Assembly: GCA_963796685.1 (NCBI GenBank)
Contig: CAWCMR010000025.1
Span: 224,001 to 288,000 of the forward strand
Direction: 5' to 3'
Source: an uncultured delta proteobacterium
Lineage (GTDB): Bacteria > Myxococcota_A > Polyangia > Fen-1088
Length of the DNA stretch: 64,000 nt
In this document: positions 32,851 to 42,478 of the stretch, in pieces
Layout of the letters: each line of letters begins with the position of its first letter
Position numbering within the stretch: position 1 is the first letter of the stretch
Notes under the pieces: generated by a model
The model's database searches: none
What the model was told of the DNA's origin: nothing
Seen by the model: only the letters and a program-made list of their open reading frames with translations
Made by a program: the position numbers and the translations under genes

Positions 32851-34497
32851 ATGAAGAATTGGCAACTGCTGGTCCGCGCGAGCGCGCTGGCTGGTGTCCT
32901 GACCCTGGCGTTCGCTGGTTGCAGCAGCAGCAGCAAGAGCGGAAGCGGGAGCGGGGGCGCGGCTGGTAGCACAGCAGGAACCGGCGGCGGCGGTAGCACC
33001 ACCCAAGGCGGCGCTGGCGCCGGCGGCGCAGGCGGAAGTGGCGGCGTAGGAGCGAGTGGCGGTGGCTCAGGTGGCCATGGCGACGCCAGCATCGGCGGCG
33101 CGAGCGGCACCGGCGGCAGCACCAGCACTACGCCCGCGTGCGGAGATCCCGGCCAGCCTTGTTGCACCGGCAATGCGTGTAACAACAGCGGTTGCTGCAT
33201 GCCGATTCAGACCGATGCCGCCGGACCGGCCACCAGGATGTGCGTGGGTGCCGGCCAGGCCTGCACCGCGAACGATGTAAGCGGAACCTGCTCGGCCAGC
33301 ACCAGCTCGTGCACCAGCACGGCGACCGGCGCGGCGTGCGGTGGCATAGGCCAAGCGTGTTGCGGCGGCACGGCCGACGGTGGTGGCTTCGGTGCGCCCG
33401 CAGCGTTCTGCACCGCCAGCGGATCGCAATGTACGAACGGCAGCTGTGTCGCGTGTGGCACCGCGGGGGCCGAGTGCTGCGCAGGCGGTATCGGTGGCGG
33501 TCAATGCCAGGGCACACTGGTGTGCGCTGCGGGCACCGGCGTTGATGGCGGTGCTCGCACCTGCCAGACATGCGGCGGCTCGGGCGACGCCTGCTGTGCC
33601 AACAACACGTGCAACGCCGGCCTCGGTTGCAACAATCCGAACCGCTTCGGCGGCACCGGCACCTGCGAGAGCTGTGGCGCTGCCGACTCGGCCTGCTGCG
33701 CGGGCAACAACTGCCAAAGCGGTCTTGGCTGCTTCGTCGAAGGCGATGGTGGTGCGGGCTCGTGCAAAGCCTGTGGTGGCTCAGGGCAACCTTGCTGTCC
33801 AGGAGCCGGAGGCTTCGGCGGAGGAAACACGTGCGACACCGGGCTTTCATGCATGCTTTCGGCCGGCGGCAATGTTTGCTCCACCTGCGGCGGCTCTGGC
33901 GAATCGTGCTGCGGTACCACCAACAACGGTACCTGCAGCACTGGCTATGCCTGCTCCGGCCGAGCCGTGGCCCAAGGAACCCCAGGTACCTGCGGCGCCT
34001 GCGGTGCCGATGGCCAAGCCTGCTGTGCCGGCGCCACGCCCTGCAACACCGGCGTTTCCTGCGTCGTGAAGGCGTCCGGCAATCAGTGCTCGACCTGTGG
34101 CGGTTCGGGGGAATCGTGCTGCGGCGCCGGAGCCAACGGCACGTGCAGCAGTGGATTCGCTTGTTCGGGTCGAGACAGCGCCAATGGCACTGCCGGCACG
34201 TGCAATGCGTGCGGCGGCTCCGACCAACTGTGCTGCCCGGTCACTGCCGGCCCCGCCCTCGACGGCGGCGTGCCTGCATGCACGGCACCGCAAGAGTGCG
34301 TACTGGCTTCCGCTGGCAACACCTGCGCGAGCTGTGGTGCCGAGGGTGCCGCCTGCTGCGGAACCGGCGGCAACGGAACCTGCAACACGGGTCTAGTTTG
34401 CGCGGGCCGAAACCGTGCCAGCCAGACCCCAGGTACCTGCGGTACACCTACCACGGTTGATGGTGGCGGTGCGCGAGACGCGCCCATGACCGATTAG
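32851..34497 (+). CDS. Lipoprotein with Gly-rich linker and 11 C-x6-CC (CGGxGQPCC-type) repeats
   Basis: Lipobox FAGC; repeat cores counted by eye from CGDPGQPCC to CGAEGAACC. Confidence 0.8.
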   Translation: MKNWQLLVRASALAGVLTLAFAGCSSSSKSGSGSGGAAGSTAGTGGGGSTTQGGAGAGGAGGSGGVGASGGGSGGHGDASIGGASGTGGSTSTTPACGDPGQPCCTGNACNNSGCCMPIQTDAAGPATRMCVGAGQACTANDVSGTCSASTSSCTSTATGAACGGIGQACCGGTADGGGFGAPAAFCTASGSQCTNGSCVACGTAGAECCAGGIGGGQCQGTLVCAAGTGVDGGARTCQTCGGSGDACCANNTCNAGLGCNNPNRFGGTGTCESCGAADSACCAGNNCQSGLGCFVEGDGGAGSCKACGGSGQPCCPGAGGFGGGNTCDTGLSCMLSAGGNVCSTCGGSGESCCGTTNNGTCSTGYACSGRAVAQGTPGTCGACGADGQACCAGATPCNTGVSCVVKASGNQCSTCGGSGESCCGAGANGTCSSGFACSGRDSANGTAGTCNACGGSDQLCCPVTAGPALDGGVPACTAPQECVLASAGNTCASCGAEGAACCGTGGNGTCNTGLVCAGRNRASQTPGTCGTPTTVDGGGARDAPMTD

Positions 34498-34524
34498 ACC
34501 GATTAGACGGGTCCATTGTGAGCT

Positions 34525-34558
34525 ACGGGGCGGCCTCGGCTGCCCCGTTCTTTATTTG
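34525..34558 (+). terminator. Rho-independent terminator
   Basis: ACGGGGCGGCC-TC-GGCTGCCCCGT stem followed by TCTTTATTT. Confidence 0.75.
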
Positions 34559-34738
34559 TGGCCGCGTCATCAGCTTCTTCGAACGTCGGATGAGACGGCT
34601 TGGACACCTCCAGCCCTCCAGTCGGCATCTTAGCCCCAGGGAGGAAGAGCCGCGGGCCCTTGCCAAACCAGAAAGCGAAGAGAAAGCGAGCTCCGCGCGG
34701 TTGCCTTCCCCGGACAATCATCTGATAGGAGGCTTCCC

Positions 34739-35146
34739 ATGAACGATCGACGAGATCTGCTCAAGACCACGGCCGTTGCCGCCACGCTCATCGCCTTCGG
34801 CTCGGTCCCCAAGTCCTTTGCGTCGGGCAAGGCCAAGTACACGAATGTCATATTCACCAAAGAAAATCCCGGCCGGTGGAAGGACGTAGAGGACATCCAC
34901 GTTCCCCAGGTCACCATCACCGGGTCCAAGATCGTGGTGATCACCAATCACCCGATGTCGCAGGCGCACTACATTGTCAGGCACACGGTGGTGCTGGCAG
35001 ACGGTACGCTTGTGGGTGCCAAGACCTTCGTGCCTACCGACAAGCCAGAGTCGTCGTACGAGCTGCCCAAGGGATACAAGGGGAAATTCTTCGTTACGAG
35101 CTTCTGCAATCTTCACGACTTCTGGCTGGCGGAAGCCAAGGCCTAA
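34739..35146 (+). CDS. Tat-exported superoxide reductase-like (desulfoferrodoxin family, single Fe site) protein
   Basis: Twin-arginine DRRDLLK signal; Fe ligands HVP, HPMSQAHYI and CNLHD. Confidence 0.85.
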   Translation: MNDRRDLLKTTAVAATLIAFGSVPKSFASGKAKYTNVIFTKENPGRWKDVEDIHVPQVTITGSKIVVITNHPMSQAHYIVRHTVVLADGTLVGAKTFVPTDKPESSYELPKGYKGKFFVTSFCNLHDFWLAEAKA

Positions 35147-35358
35147 ACCCGGTCATCTGGATGAACACGTCCTCCAGGGTGACTCGGCTCAGGCGTACCT
35201 GCACGTCACCGGCGCGCAAGACGTCGAATAGCCTAGGCAGCAGCTCCGCGCCCGCATCGGCGCGAATACGTGCGCCGTCGGCGGTGGGCGCGACCTCGCG
35301 AACCCCGGGCAGCTCGCGCACCGCGCGCAGGATCGATTCCGCCGGGGCGGGCGGGTGA
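35147..35358 (-). pseudogene. Orphan C-terminal fragment of an ABC-2 (DrrA-like) ATP-binding subunit
   Basis: ILRAVRELPGVREV...LRAGDVQVRLSRVTLEDVFIQMTG resembles the ABC-2 ATPase C-terminal tail; no Walker motifs upstream. Confidence 0.55.
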
Positions 35359-35482
35359 GTCACCCGGCCATTGGATGCTTGCCTCCAACGATCGGGTTGC
35401 TCTATCGGATTACTCATCGACCCGAAGACGCCGCCAACGCGCTTCGACCCCGAGAGCCCGGGTTCGGGCATCCAACCAGCGC

Positions 35483-36238
35483 ATGCCCCGATTCATCCTT
35501 CCCTACTTCCCCCATCCGTCGTTCTTCATCTTCATCTTCGCCCTGACCCTCGGGGCGCTGATGCTGCTTCTTCGCTTCGTGTTCGTGGAGTTCGCCTTTC
35601 AGCGGCTGGGGATCGGCCGTTTGACCGCAATCCTCTTGCTCTGGGCTTCTTTACTGGGCAGCAACATCAACATTCCGGTCGCCCAACTTCCCGCCGAACG
35701 CATCGAGCAGGACAGGGTGGTCGACTTCTGGGGGATGACCTACGTCGTTCCTCGCATGGTCGAAACGGGACACACGATCGTCGCCGTCAACCTCGGCGGC
35801 GCAGTGATCCCCGTGCTGCTCTCCCTCTACCTCATCGTGCGTTTCGGTCTCGGCCCGCGCATGCTGGTGACCATCGTGCTGGTGACATGGGTCGCCCACC
35901 AAGTCGCGCGGCCTGTGCGAGGCGTGGGTATCGCCATGCCTCCGCTGGTACCGGCCGTCACCGCGGCACTGGCAGCTCTGCTCTTGGATCGCGCACGGGC
36001 TCCACGCACCGCCTTCGTGGCCGGAACCCTCGGAACGTTGATCGGCGCCGACCTGCTCAACCTGGGCAGGCTCAACCTCATGAACGCACCCGTGGTCTCG
36101 ATCGGAGGGGCTGGAACCTTTGATGGCGTGTTCGTCAGCGGGATCGCCGCCGTGTTGCTCGCTGGCTTCGGTTCAGGATCGTCGCGACCACGGCCCTTGC
36201 CTGCGGTGGAAAACGAGCGCAACACTTTTGGCCCATGA
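35483..36238 (+). CDS. DUF1614 family membrane protein
   Basis: LLGSNINIPV, IVAVNLGGAVIP, RPVRGVGIAMP, GTLIGADLLNL, SIGGAGTFDGVF. Confidence 0.88.
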   Translation: MPRFILPYFPHPSFFIFIFALTLGALMLLLRFVFVEFAFQRLGIGRLTAILLLWASLLGSNINIPVAQLPAERIEQDRVVDFWGMTYVVPRMVETGHTIVAVNLGGAVIPVLLSLYLIVRFGLGPRMLVTIVLVTWVAHQVARPVRGVGIAMPPLVPAVTAALAALLLDRARAPRTAFVAGTLGTLIGADLLNLGRLNLMNAPVVSIGGAGTFDGVFVSGIAAVLLAGFGSGSSRPRPLPAVENERNTFGP

Positions 36239-36437
36239 CGAGCTTCCCTCTTGCAACCTGCCCGTCTTGCGACATCTCGCCTCGCGAGGCATTTTGCCAC
36301 TTACGAGACGTGGCGGTTCTAGGCGCAAAGGGGTCGCGCAAGCTACCCTCGGCTCTCCTCCGTCATCTAATAGGCAGCCGTGAAGGGCAACCATTTCACG
36401 TGGCGCCTCTGGGACGCCACAGAAGGAGATAGGGAAA

Positions 36438-36923
36438 ATGTTAATCAAACGAGAAAATCGGGAGCTCACTCGACCCCGAAGCCAAGAATCATGGGATCCG
36501 TTTCGCATCATGGATACTCTCCTACGCTGGGAGCCGTTCTGGGAGACCGGCGGCGGACTCTTTCATCGAAACGACACCTTCGTGCCGCGCTTCGATGTGA
36601 AGGAGCACAGAGAGGGCTATCTCATTCGCGCGGACTTGCCGGGCGTCAAGGAGAAGGATCTGGATGTGTCGCTAACTGGCAACATGCTCAGCATCTCCGG
36701 ACGTCGTGAGGACGAGCACAAACAAGAGGGAGATCATTACTACACGATGGAGCGCTCCTATGGTCAGTTCACGCGCAGCTTCTCCTTGCCGGATGGAGCC
36801 GACGCGGAAAGCGTCCGAGCCGATCTGAAGGACGGCATCCTGACCATCGAGCTGCAGAAGAAGCCGGAGGTTCAAGCGAAGAAGATCACGATCGGCAGAG
36901 GCGAGCGTGGCATGAGATCCTGA
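36438..36923 (+). CDS. Hsp20/alpha-crystallin small heat-shock protein
   Basis: WDPFR, PRFDVKE, DLPGVK, ERSYGQFTRSFSLP, ADLKDGILTI. Confidence 0.95.
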   Translation: MLIKRENRELTRPRSQESWDPFRIMDTLLRWEPFWETGGGLFHRNDTFVPRFDVKEHREGYLIRADLPGVKEKDLDVSLTGNMLSISGRREDEHKQEGDHYYTMERSYGQFTRSFSLPDGADAESVRADLKDGILTIELQKKPEVQAKKITIGRGERGMRS

Positions 36924-36953
36924 CCGACACCCCATAAGCTCAAGGGGATCTGG

Positions 36954-39659
36954 GTGCGGGGTTCACCTGCCAATTGGCAGTTGGCACATTCAGGCTGGGG
37001 GAATGTCCCTTGGCTGGCGTCCGGGGTAACCGCCGTGCTGTTGTTCCTTGCGGCGCCAGCCTTCGGACAAGTTACACGGGCGGTTCTGGGCAATGGTTTG
37101 CGAGTGGTGGTCGTTCCGTCTCACCTCGCTTCGGTGGTAACCGTGGAAATGAACTACCTGGCCGGCTCGCTCGAGGCGCCTCCAGGATTTGCCGGCTTGG
37201 CCCATGCCCAGGAACACATGATGTTCCGGGGGAGCCGCGGTCTGTCCGGTGCGCAGCTTACGACCATCATCGCGGGGATGGGAGGAGAGTTCGACGCTGA
37301 AACCGGCCCCACCGTCACCCAGTACTATTTCACCATCCCCAAGTCCGAGCTCGAGCCGGCGCTTCACATCGAGGCGATCAGGATGCGGAATGCGCTCGAC
37401 AGCCAAATTCTCTGGGAAGAGGAGCGTGGGGCCATCGACCAGGAGGTGGCCCGTGATGTGTCCGATCCGGGGTACGTGCTCTACACCCGACTTCTGGCCG
37501 ATCTGTTCGCGGGAACCCCCTACGCTGTCACGCCGCTCGGCAGCCGCGAGTCGTTCGCGAAAACCACCGCCGGGATGCTCAAGGCCTTTCATCGCACGTG
37601 GTACCGGCCCAACAACGCCGTGCTGATCATCGCGGGCGACGTGGAGCCGGACGCGGCCATGGCGCAGGTGCGGCGCCTGTTCGGTCCGATCCCCGCCCAT
37701 CCAGTGCCACGCCGCCCCGAGGTCGACCTCAAACCCATCGTGCCGACCGAAATCCTGCTCGACTCCGACCTGCCCTACGGCCTGGCCGTCGTGGCTTTTC
37801 GGCTCCCCGGCTACGCCAGCCCCGATTACGCCGCCGGACAGGTGCTGGGCGATGTGCTCGAAAGCGCGCGCAGCAGCTTGTCGGCACTGGTCGTCGAGGG
37901 CAAGGCGCTGCAGGTCCAGTTCAGCGGTGAGATGTTTGCTCCTGCCGGGCTGGGTGTCGCGCTCGCAGCATTTCCACGCGGTGCAGACGGTGCGAAGGTG
38001 CTCGAGCAAGTGAAATCATGCCTCGCCGGTTACGCTGGCGGCGAGATCCCGTCCGACCTCGTGGAAGCGGCGAAGCGGCAAGAGGTCACCGACTTCGAGC
38101 TGCGCAAGGGCTCGATCGCGGGGGTGGCGGCGGAGTGGTCGCGGGCCATCGCCCTAGCCGGGCGCTCCTCTCCCGACGAGGAAATCGACGCAGTCAAGCG
38201 TGTGACCCGCGACGAGGTCGCGCGGGTGGCGCGCGCGTACCTGCGAAAGGATGGCCACGTAACCGCGCTGCTCCTGCCACGAGAGTCCGGCCATGCCGTC
38301 GCCTTGAAATCGGGGCCGCGAGCCGAGTCCTTCGCCCGCAGCAACGTGAAGCCGGTGGCCTTGCCGGCCTGGGCGGCGCAGGCCATGGCGCTTCCGGCTC
38401 GCATCGAGAGCCGGCCGCCCGGAACCGGACCCTCCTCGTTCGTGCTCGGCAACGGCCTCAGGCTCATCGTCCAACCCACGCCGAGCGTTCCGGCAGTGGC
38501 GCTTTACGGCCAGGTGAAGAACGATCCCGATCTGGAGGCTCCCCCGGGCCAGGAAGGCGTGCAGCAGGTCCTGGAGAGCCTGCTCGATTACGGAACCACG
38601 ACCATGAATCGCAACACCTTCCACCAGGCACTGGACGAGATCGGCGCCACGGTCAGGGCCGGCGCCACCTTCTCCTTGCAAGTGCTGCCCGAGCATTTCG
38701 AGCGTGGCGTCGAGTTGCTGGCGCAGAACATACTTCATCCGGCCCTTCCGCAAAAAGCGTTTACCGTGGTGGCGCGCGAGACCTCGGCCAGCCTGATTGG
38801 CCTGCTCGCGAGCCCGGCCTACCTGGCCCAGCGGGCGCTCGACAAGGGGCTGTACCCAGATGGAGATCCGGCGTTGCGACAGGCGACGCCCGCCTCGGTG
38901 GCCAAGCTCACGTTGGAGGACGTGCGCAAATACCACCGACTCGCCTTTCGGCCAGATCTCACGACCATCGTCGTCACCGGACAGATCACGCCCGAGGCAG
39001 CCCTGACCACAATCACGAAACAGCTCGGCTCGTGGACGGCGATTGGCCCGAAACCCAAGACCGATCCTCCACCCGTCCCCGCCAATCTTGCCTCTGTGCA
39101 AGCCGTCCCCGACACCAGTCGGTCGCAAGACGAGGTGACCCTGGCCGAGACCCTCGGATTGGTTCGCTCCGACCCCGACTACTACCCGCTTCAGGTCGCC
39201 AACCATGTCCTTTCCGGCGCGTTTTACGCCACCTGGCTCTATCGCGATCTGCGCGAGAAGACGGGATTGGTCTACTACGTGGGCGCCACCTTGGACGTGG
39301 GGAAGACGCGGTCGCTCTACACCATCACCTACGGATGCGACCCGGCCAATGTGGCCGCTGCGCGGACCCTGGTCGAGCGCGACCTGCAACAGATGCGCGC
39401 GGCGGCCGTGCCCCCTGCCGAGCTTCAACGGAGCAAGGCATTGCTGATGCGGCAGTTGCCCCTCGCGGAATCCAGCTTGGACCGGATTGCCGCGGGACTG
39501 ATCGAGCGGTCGCTCGAAGGGCTGCCTCTCGACGAGCCGGAACGAGCGGCGCGACGCTACCTGGAGACCACGAGCGAGCAGGCACGCGCAGCCTTCGCGC
39601 GCTGGGTGAGGCCGGAAGGCTTCGTGCAGGTAACGCTCGGACCGGTACCTGGACCGTAG
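36954..39659 (+). CDS. Secreted M16 family zinc metallopeptidase (two-lobed; start may be slightly downstream)
   Basis: LGNGLRV, inverzincin HAQEHMMFRGS (HxxEH), WYRPNNA; second LGNGLRL lobe with LREKTGLVY. Confidence 0.92.
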   Translation: MRGSPANWQLAHSGWGNVPWLASGVTAVLLFLAAPAFGQVTRAVLGNGLRVVVVPSHLASVVTVEMNYLAGSLEAPPGFAGLAHAQEHMMFRGSRGLSGAQLTTIIAGMGGEFDAETGPTVTQYYFTIPKSELEPALHIEAIRMRNALDSQILWEEERGAIDQEVARDVSDPGYVLYTRLLADLFAGTPYAVTPLGSRESFAKTTAGMLKAFHRTWYRPNNAVLIIAGDVEPDAAMAQVRRLFGPIPAHPVPRRPEVDLKPIVPTEILLDSDLPYGLAVVAFRLPGYASPDYAAGQVLGDVLESARSSLSALVVEGKALQVQFSGEMFAPAGLGVALAAFPRGADGAKVLEQVKSCLAGYAGGEIPSDLVEAAKRQEVTDFELRKGSIAGVAAEWSRAIALAGRSSPDEEIDAVKRVTRDEVARVARAYLRKDGHVTALLLPRESGHAVALKSGPRAESFARSNVKPVALPAWAAQAMALPARIESRPPGTGPSSFVLGNGLRLIVQPTPSVPAVALYGQVKNDPDLEAPPGQEGVQQVLESLLDYGTTTMNRNTFHQALDEIGATVRAGATFSLQVLPEHFERGVELLAQNILHPALPQKAFTVVARETSASLIGLLASPAYLAQRALDKGLYPDGDPALRQATPASVAKLTLEDVRKYHRLAFRPDLTTIVVTGQITPEAALTTITKQLGSWTAIGPKPKTDPPPVPANLASVQAVPDTSRSQDEVTLAETLGLVRSDPDYYPLQVANHVLSGAFYATWLYRDLREKTGLVYYVGATLDVGKTRSLYTITYGCDPANVAAARTLVERDLQQMRAAAVPPAELQRSKALLMRQLPLAESSLDRIAAGLIERSLEGLPLDEPERAARRYLETTSEQARAAFARWVRPEGFVQVTLGPVPGP

Positions 39660-39672
39660 CATTCGGATATCT

Positions 39673-40188
39673 TCACGGCTTGCCCACCTCGCATGCCTTA
39701 TCGACATCGGCCTGGCACACCGCCATCGGCTCGCCGCCATTGGCCTGTGGCTTGTTTTCAAATGGATCAGGCGCAGCCTGAAGCTGTTCCTTGCCCGTGT
39801 GCAAGAGAGCCTCTGCCGTGCGGTACTGTTCCTTGGACCAGTAAAGCAGCTGCTCGGCGAACGCCTTCGCTTCCGGCGTTTTCGCCTTGGGCAGCAGTGA
39901 TTGGGCTAACGCGATGTTGGCTGCCGCCACCTTGAGCCGAGTCAGGGCTTCAGGCTCGGGAAGGCCTGGCGAAGGCGCGCTGCGCTTGTAGGCCCGCGCT
40001 TCGGGCACCGGCTCGACTGCCCGCTGGGGCACTCCGGCGACTTCCTTGTCGAGTGGAAGCACACAAACGAGGTGGTCTCCCTCCCTCGTGCACGACATCG
40101 TGGCGCCGGGCACCGGCACCACGATGTGATTGCTCTGTCCCTGTGCCGCCTCGGCGAGAATGGCCGCAAACATCCATGCAATGATCAT
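39673..40188 (-). CDS. Secreted hypothetical protein
   Basis: AGGAG RBS, signal-peptide-like N-terminus, helical C-terminal half. Confidence 0.55.
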   Translation of the reverse strand: MIIAWMFAAILAEAAQGQSNHIVVPVPGATMSCTREGDHLVCVLPLDKEVAGVPQRAVEPVPEARAYKRSAPSPGLPEPEALTRLKVAAANIALAQSLLPKAKTPEAKAFAEQLLYWSKEQYRTAEALLHTGKEQLQAAPDPFENKPQANGGEPMAVCQADVDKACEVGKP

Positions 40189-40268
40189 GATTCAACTCCT
40201 AGTCTGTGGTTTAGGTATGTGCATGGACTGTAGCAGTGCCCTGCCGGCCCGCCCGCGTGGCGCGAAAT

Positions 40269-40310
40269 GTTCACACAATTGTGAACGTGGGATCCGCAAT
40301 TGTTCACGTG
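40269..40310. promoter_or_regulatory. Palindromic operator-like site with repeated half-site
   Basis: GTTCACA-CAAT-TGTGAAC followed by CAATTGTTCACGTG, upstream of the minus-strand gene starting at 40188. Confidence 0.4.
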
Positions 40311-40374
40311 TTGGAAACGACCTGTTGCGAACGCAGATTCGAGACGCGTACAAGGGCGGATTTCCGCCGCGCCT

Positions 40375-40863
40375 CTACCTCCGCCGGCTCGCCATGCCGC
40401 GGTCGATCTCGCGCTGGGCCTCGCGCTTCTTCACGTCGTCGCGGCGGTCGTATTCCTGTTTACCGTGTACCAGCGCCAGCTCGACCTTGACCCGCCCGCC
40501 CTTCTCGTACAGCGACAGCGGCACCAGGGTCAGGCCCTTGCCTTTCACCTTGTCGGCCAGGCGATCGATCTCGGTGCGGTGGAGCAGCAGCTTGCGCCGT
40601 CGGCGCGGGTCGTGGTTCCGCGCATGGGCGAAGGCGTAGACCCCGATGTCCAGCTCGCACAGCCAAGCCTCGCCCTTCTCGACCACGGCATAGGCATCGA
40701 CCAACGCCACCTTGCCGTCGCGAATGGACTTAACCTCCGAGCCGACCAGGGCCAGGCCGGCTTCGCAGGTCTCGTCGACGGCGTACTCGTGGCGCGCCTT
40801 GCGGTTGCGCGCGAGCACCTTGTTCGCCTCCGGTCGGCCTTGCCGCCCGCCTCCGCGCGCCAC
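40375..40863 (-). CDS. smpB: SsrA-binding protein
   Basis: NRKARHEY, EAGLALVGSEVKSIR, HDPRRRRKLLLH, GKQEYDRR. Confidence 0.97.
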   Translation of the reverse strand: MARGGGRQGRPEANKVLARNRKARHEYAVDETCEAGLALVGSEVKSIRDGKVALVDAYAVVEKGEAWLCELDIGVYAFAHARNHDPRRRRKLLLHRTEIDRLADKVKGKGLTLVPLSLYEKGGRVKVELALVHGKQEYDRRDDVKKREAQREIDRGMASRRR

Positions 40864-40890
40864 GCGTGCCTTTCTCGTCGCGCTTTTCGA

Positions 40891-42393
40891 CTAGGCCTTG
40901 CCGTCGCCGGGCAGGCGCATGCTCTCGCCGGCCATGGCCCGTCGCAGGTAGGTCGGCTTGTCGTATTCGCTCTCCTCGATACCGAGATGAGCGGTGGCCA
41001 AGGCGTTCTGCGCGCTCGGCGTCGCCCGGCGAGCGCTGCTGGTGACGCTGGCCGCGGCGATGGGCGAGGCCACGGGCGGCCGGATCACCGGACGCGAGTC
41101 CGGGGGCGGGGTGGCTGCTGTAGCCACCGTCGCGCGGCCATACACGGGCGCAGGGGTCAAGAGCGACGGCAGGGGTGGGTAGCGATGAATCTCGACCTCG
41201 TCGATCTCCACCTCGGTATCGGACACGTCGAGCGGCTCCGAAACGGGCGCCGAGACGCTGGCCGACATGGGATCCCTTTGCACAGTCACCTGGACCGGCG
41301 CTTCGACATGCGCCGTCGGCATCACCGACACCACCGACTGGGCCTGGTTGCTGTGCATGGGCAAGGTCATCTGGTGCTCGGCCGATTTCTTGATGGTCGG
41401 CCGGGAGCTTCCCGACGAGGTTGAGGTCTCCACGGCCACGCGGCTCTGGAAGCCGGTGGCGATGACCGTGATGCGAACCTCTTCGCTGAGGTTGGGATCG
41501 ATGACCGAGCCAAAGATGATGTTGGCGTCCGGATCCGCGGCGTCGTGAACCAGGCTGCACGCCTCGTTGACCTCGGACAGGGTCAGGTCGGGGCCGCCCG
41601 TGATGTTGACCAGGATGCCGGTCGCGCCGTTGATGGAGACGTCTTCGAGGAGCGGTGACGTGATGGCCATTTGGGCGGCGTCGATGGCGCGCTTGTCGCC
41701 CCTGCCGAAGCCCGAGCCCATAAGGGCGCGGCCCATGCCGGTCATGATCGAGCGTACGTCGGCGAAGTCGACGTTGATGAGACCAGGCACCATGACCAGG
41801 TCGCTGATGCCGCGCACGGCGGTGAGGCAAACACTGTCCACCATGTTGAAGGATTCGCGCAGGGTCAAGCTCTTGCCCGCCAACCCGACCAGGCGGTCGT
41901 TAGGAATCACGATGAGGGCGTCGACGGACTTGGCCAGCTCGGCGATGCCGCTGGTGGCCTTCTTCTTGCGCTGCAGGCCCTCGAACATGAAGGGCTTGGT
42001 GACCACGCCCACGGTCAGGGCGCCCATCTCGCGGGCCGCGCGCGCGATGACGGGCGCGGCGCCGGTGCCCGTGCCGCCGCCCATGCCGGCGGTGACGAAC
42101 ACCATGTCCGCGCCGGCCAGCACCTCGCCGATGCGTTGGGCATCTTCGAGGGCGGCGGCGCACCCGATGTCGGGGTTGGCGCCCGCGCCCAGGCCCTTGG
42201 TCAGGGTCTTGCCGATTTGAATCTTGGTGGGCGCCTGGTTGGTCTCCAGCACCTGGCAGTCGGTGTTGGCGGCCACGAAGTCCACGCCCTGGATGCCTGC
42301 CTCGATCATGGTGTTGACGGCGTTGCCGCCGCCGCCTCCCACGCCGACCACCTTGATCTTCGGCCCCAGTATCGGTTCGTCGAATTCGAGCAT
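40891..42393 (-). CDS. ftsZ: Cell division protein FtsZ with long C-terminal linker
   Basis: [23 protein letters not shown], tubulin signature [17 protein letters not shown]; C-terminal peptide YDKPTYLRR. Confidence 0.98.
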   Translation of the reverse strand: MLEFDEPILGPKIKVVGVGGGGGNAVNTMIEAGIQGVDFVAANTDCQVLETNQAPTKIQIGKTLTKGLGAGANPDIGCAAALEDAQRIGEVLAGADMVFVTAGMGGGTGTGAAPVIARAAREMGALTVGVVTKPFMFEGLQRKKKATSGIAELAKSVDALIVIPNDRLVGLAGKSLTLRESFNMVDSVCLTAVRGISDLVMVPGLINVDFADVRSIMTGMGRALMGSGFGRGDKRAIDAAQMAITSPLLEDVSINGATGILVNITGGPDLTLSEVNEACSLVHDAADPDANIIFGSVIDPNLSEEVRITVIATGFQSRVAVETSTSSGSSRPTIKKSAEHQMTLPMHSNQAQSVVSVMPTAHVEAPVQVTVQRDPMSASVSAPVSEPLDVSDTEVEIDEVEIHRYPPLPSLLTPAPVYGRATVATAATPPPDSRPVIRPPVASPIAAASVTSSARRATPSAQNALATAHLGIEESEYDKPTYLRRAMAGESMRLPGDGKA

Positions 42394-42478
42394 GTGAATT
42401 CTCCCTAGTCTCCTTGGATCGCACGCGACAGACGCCGCGCCAAATTTTTTACTGCTTTTTCTTCGGCGGCGTTCATCG

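Noticed and set aside
40190-40375. tmRNA (ssrA) next to smpB
   Set aside because: Interval is too short and lacks the GGGG...CCACCA tRNA-like ends.
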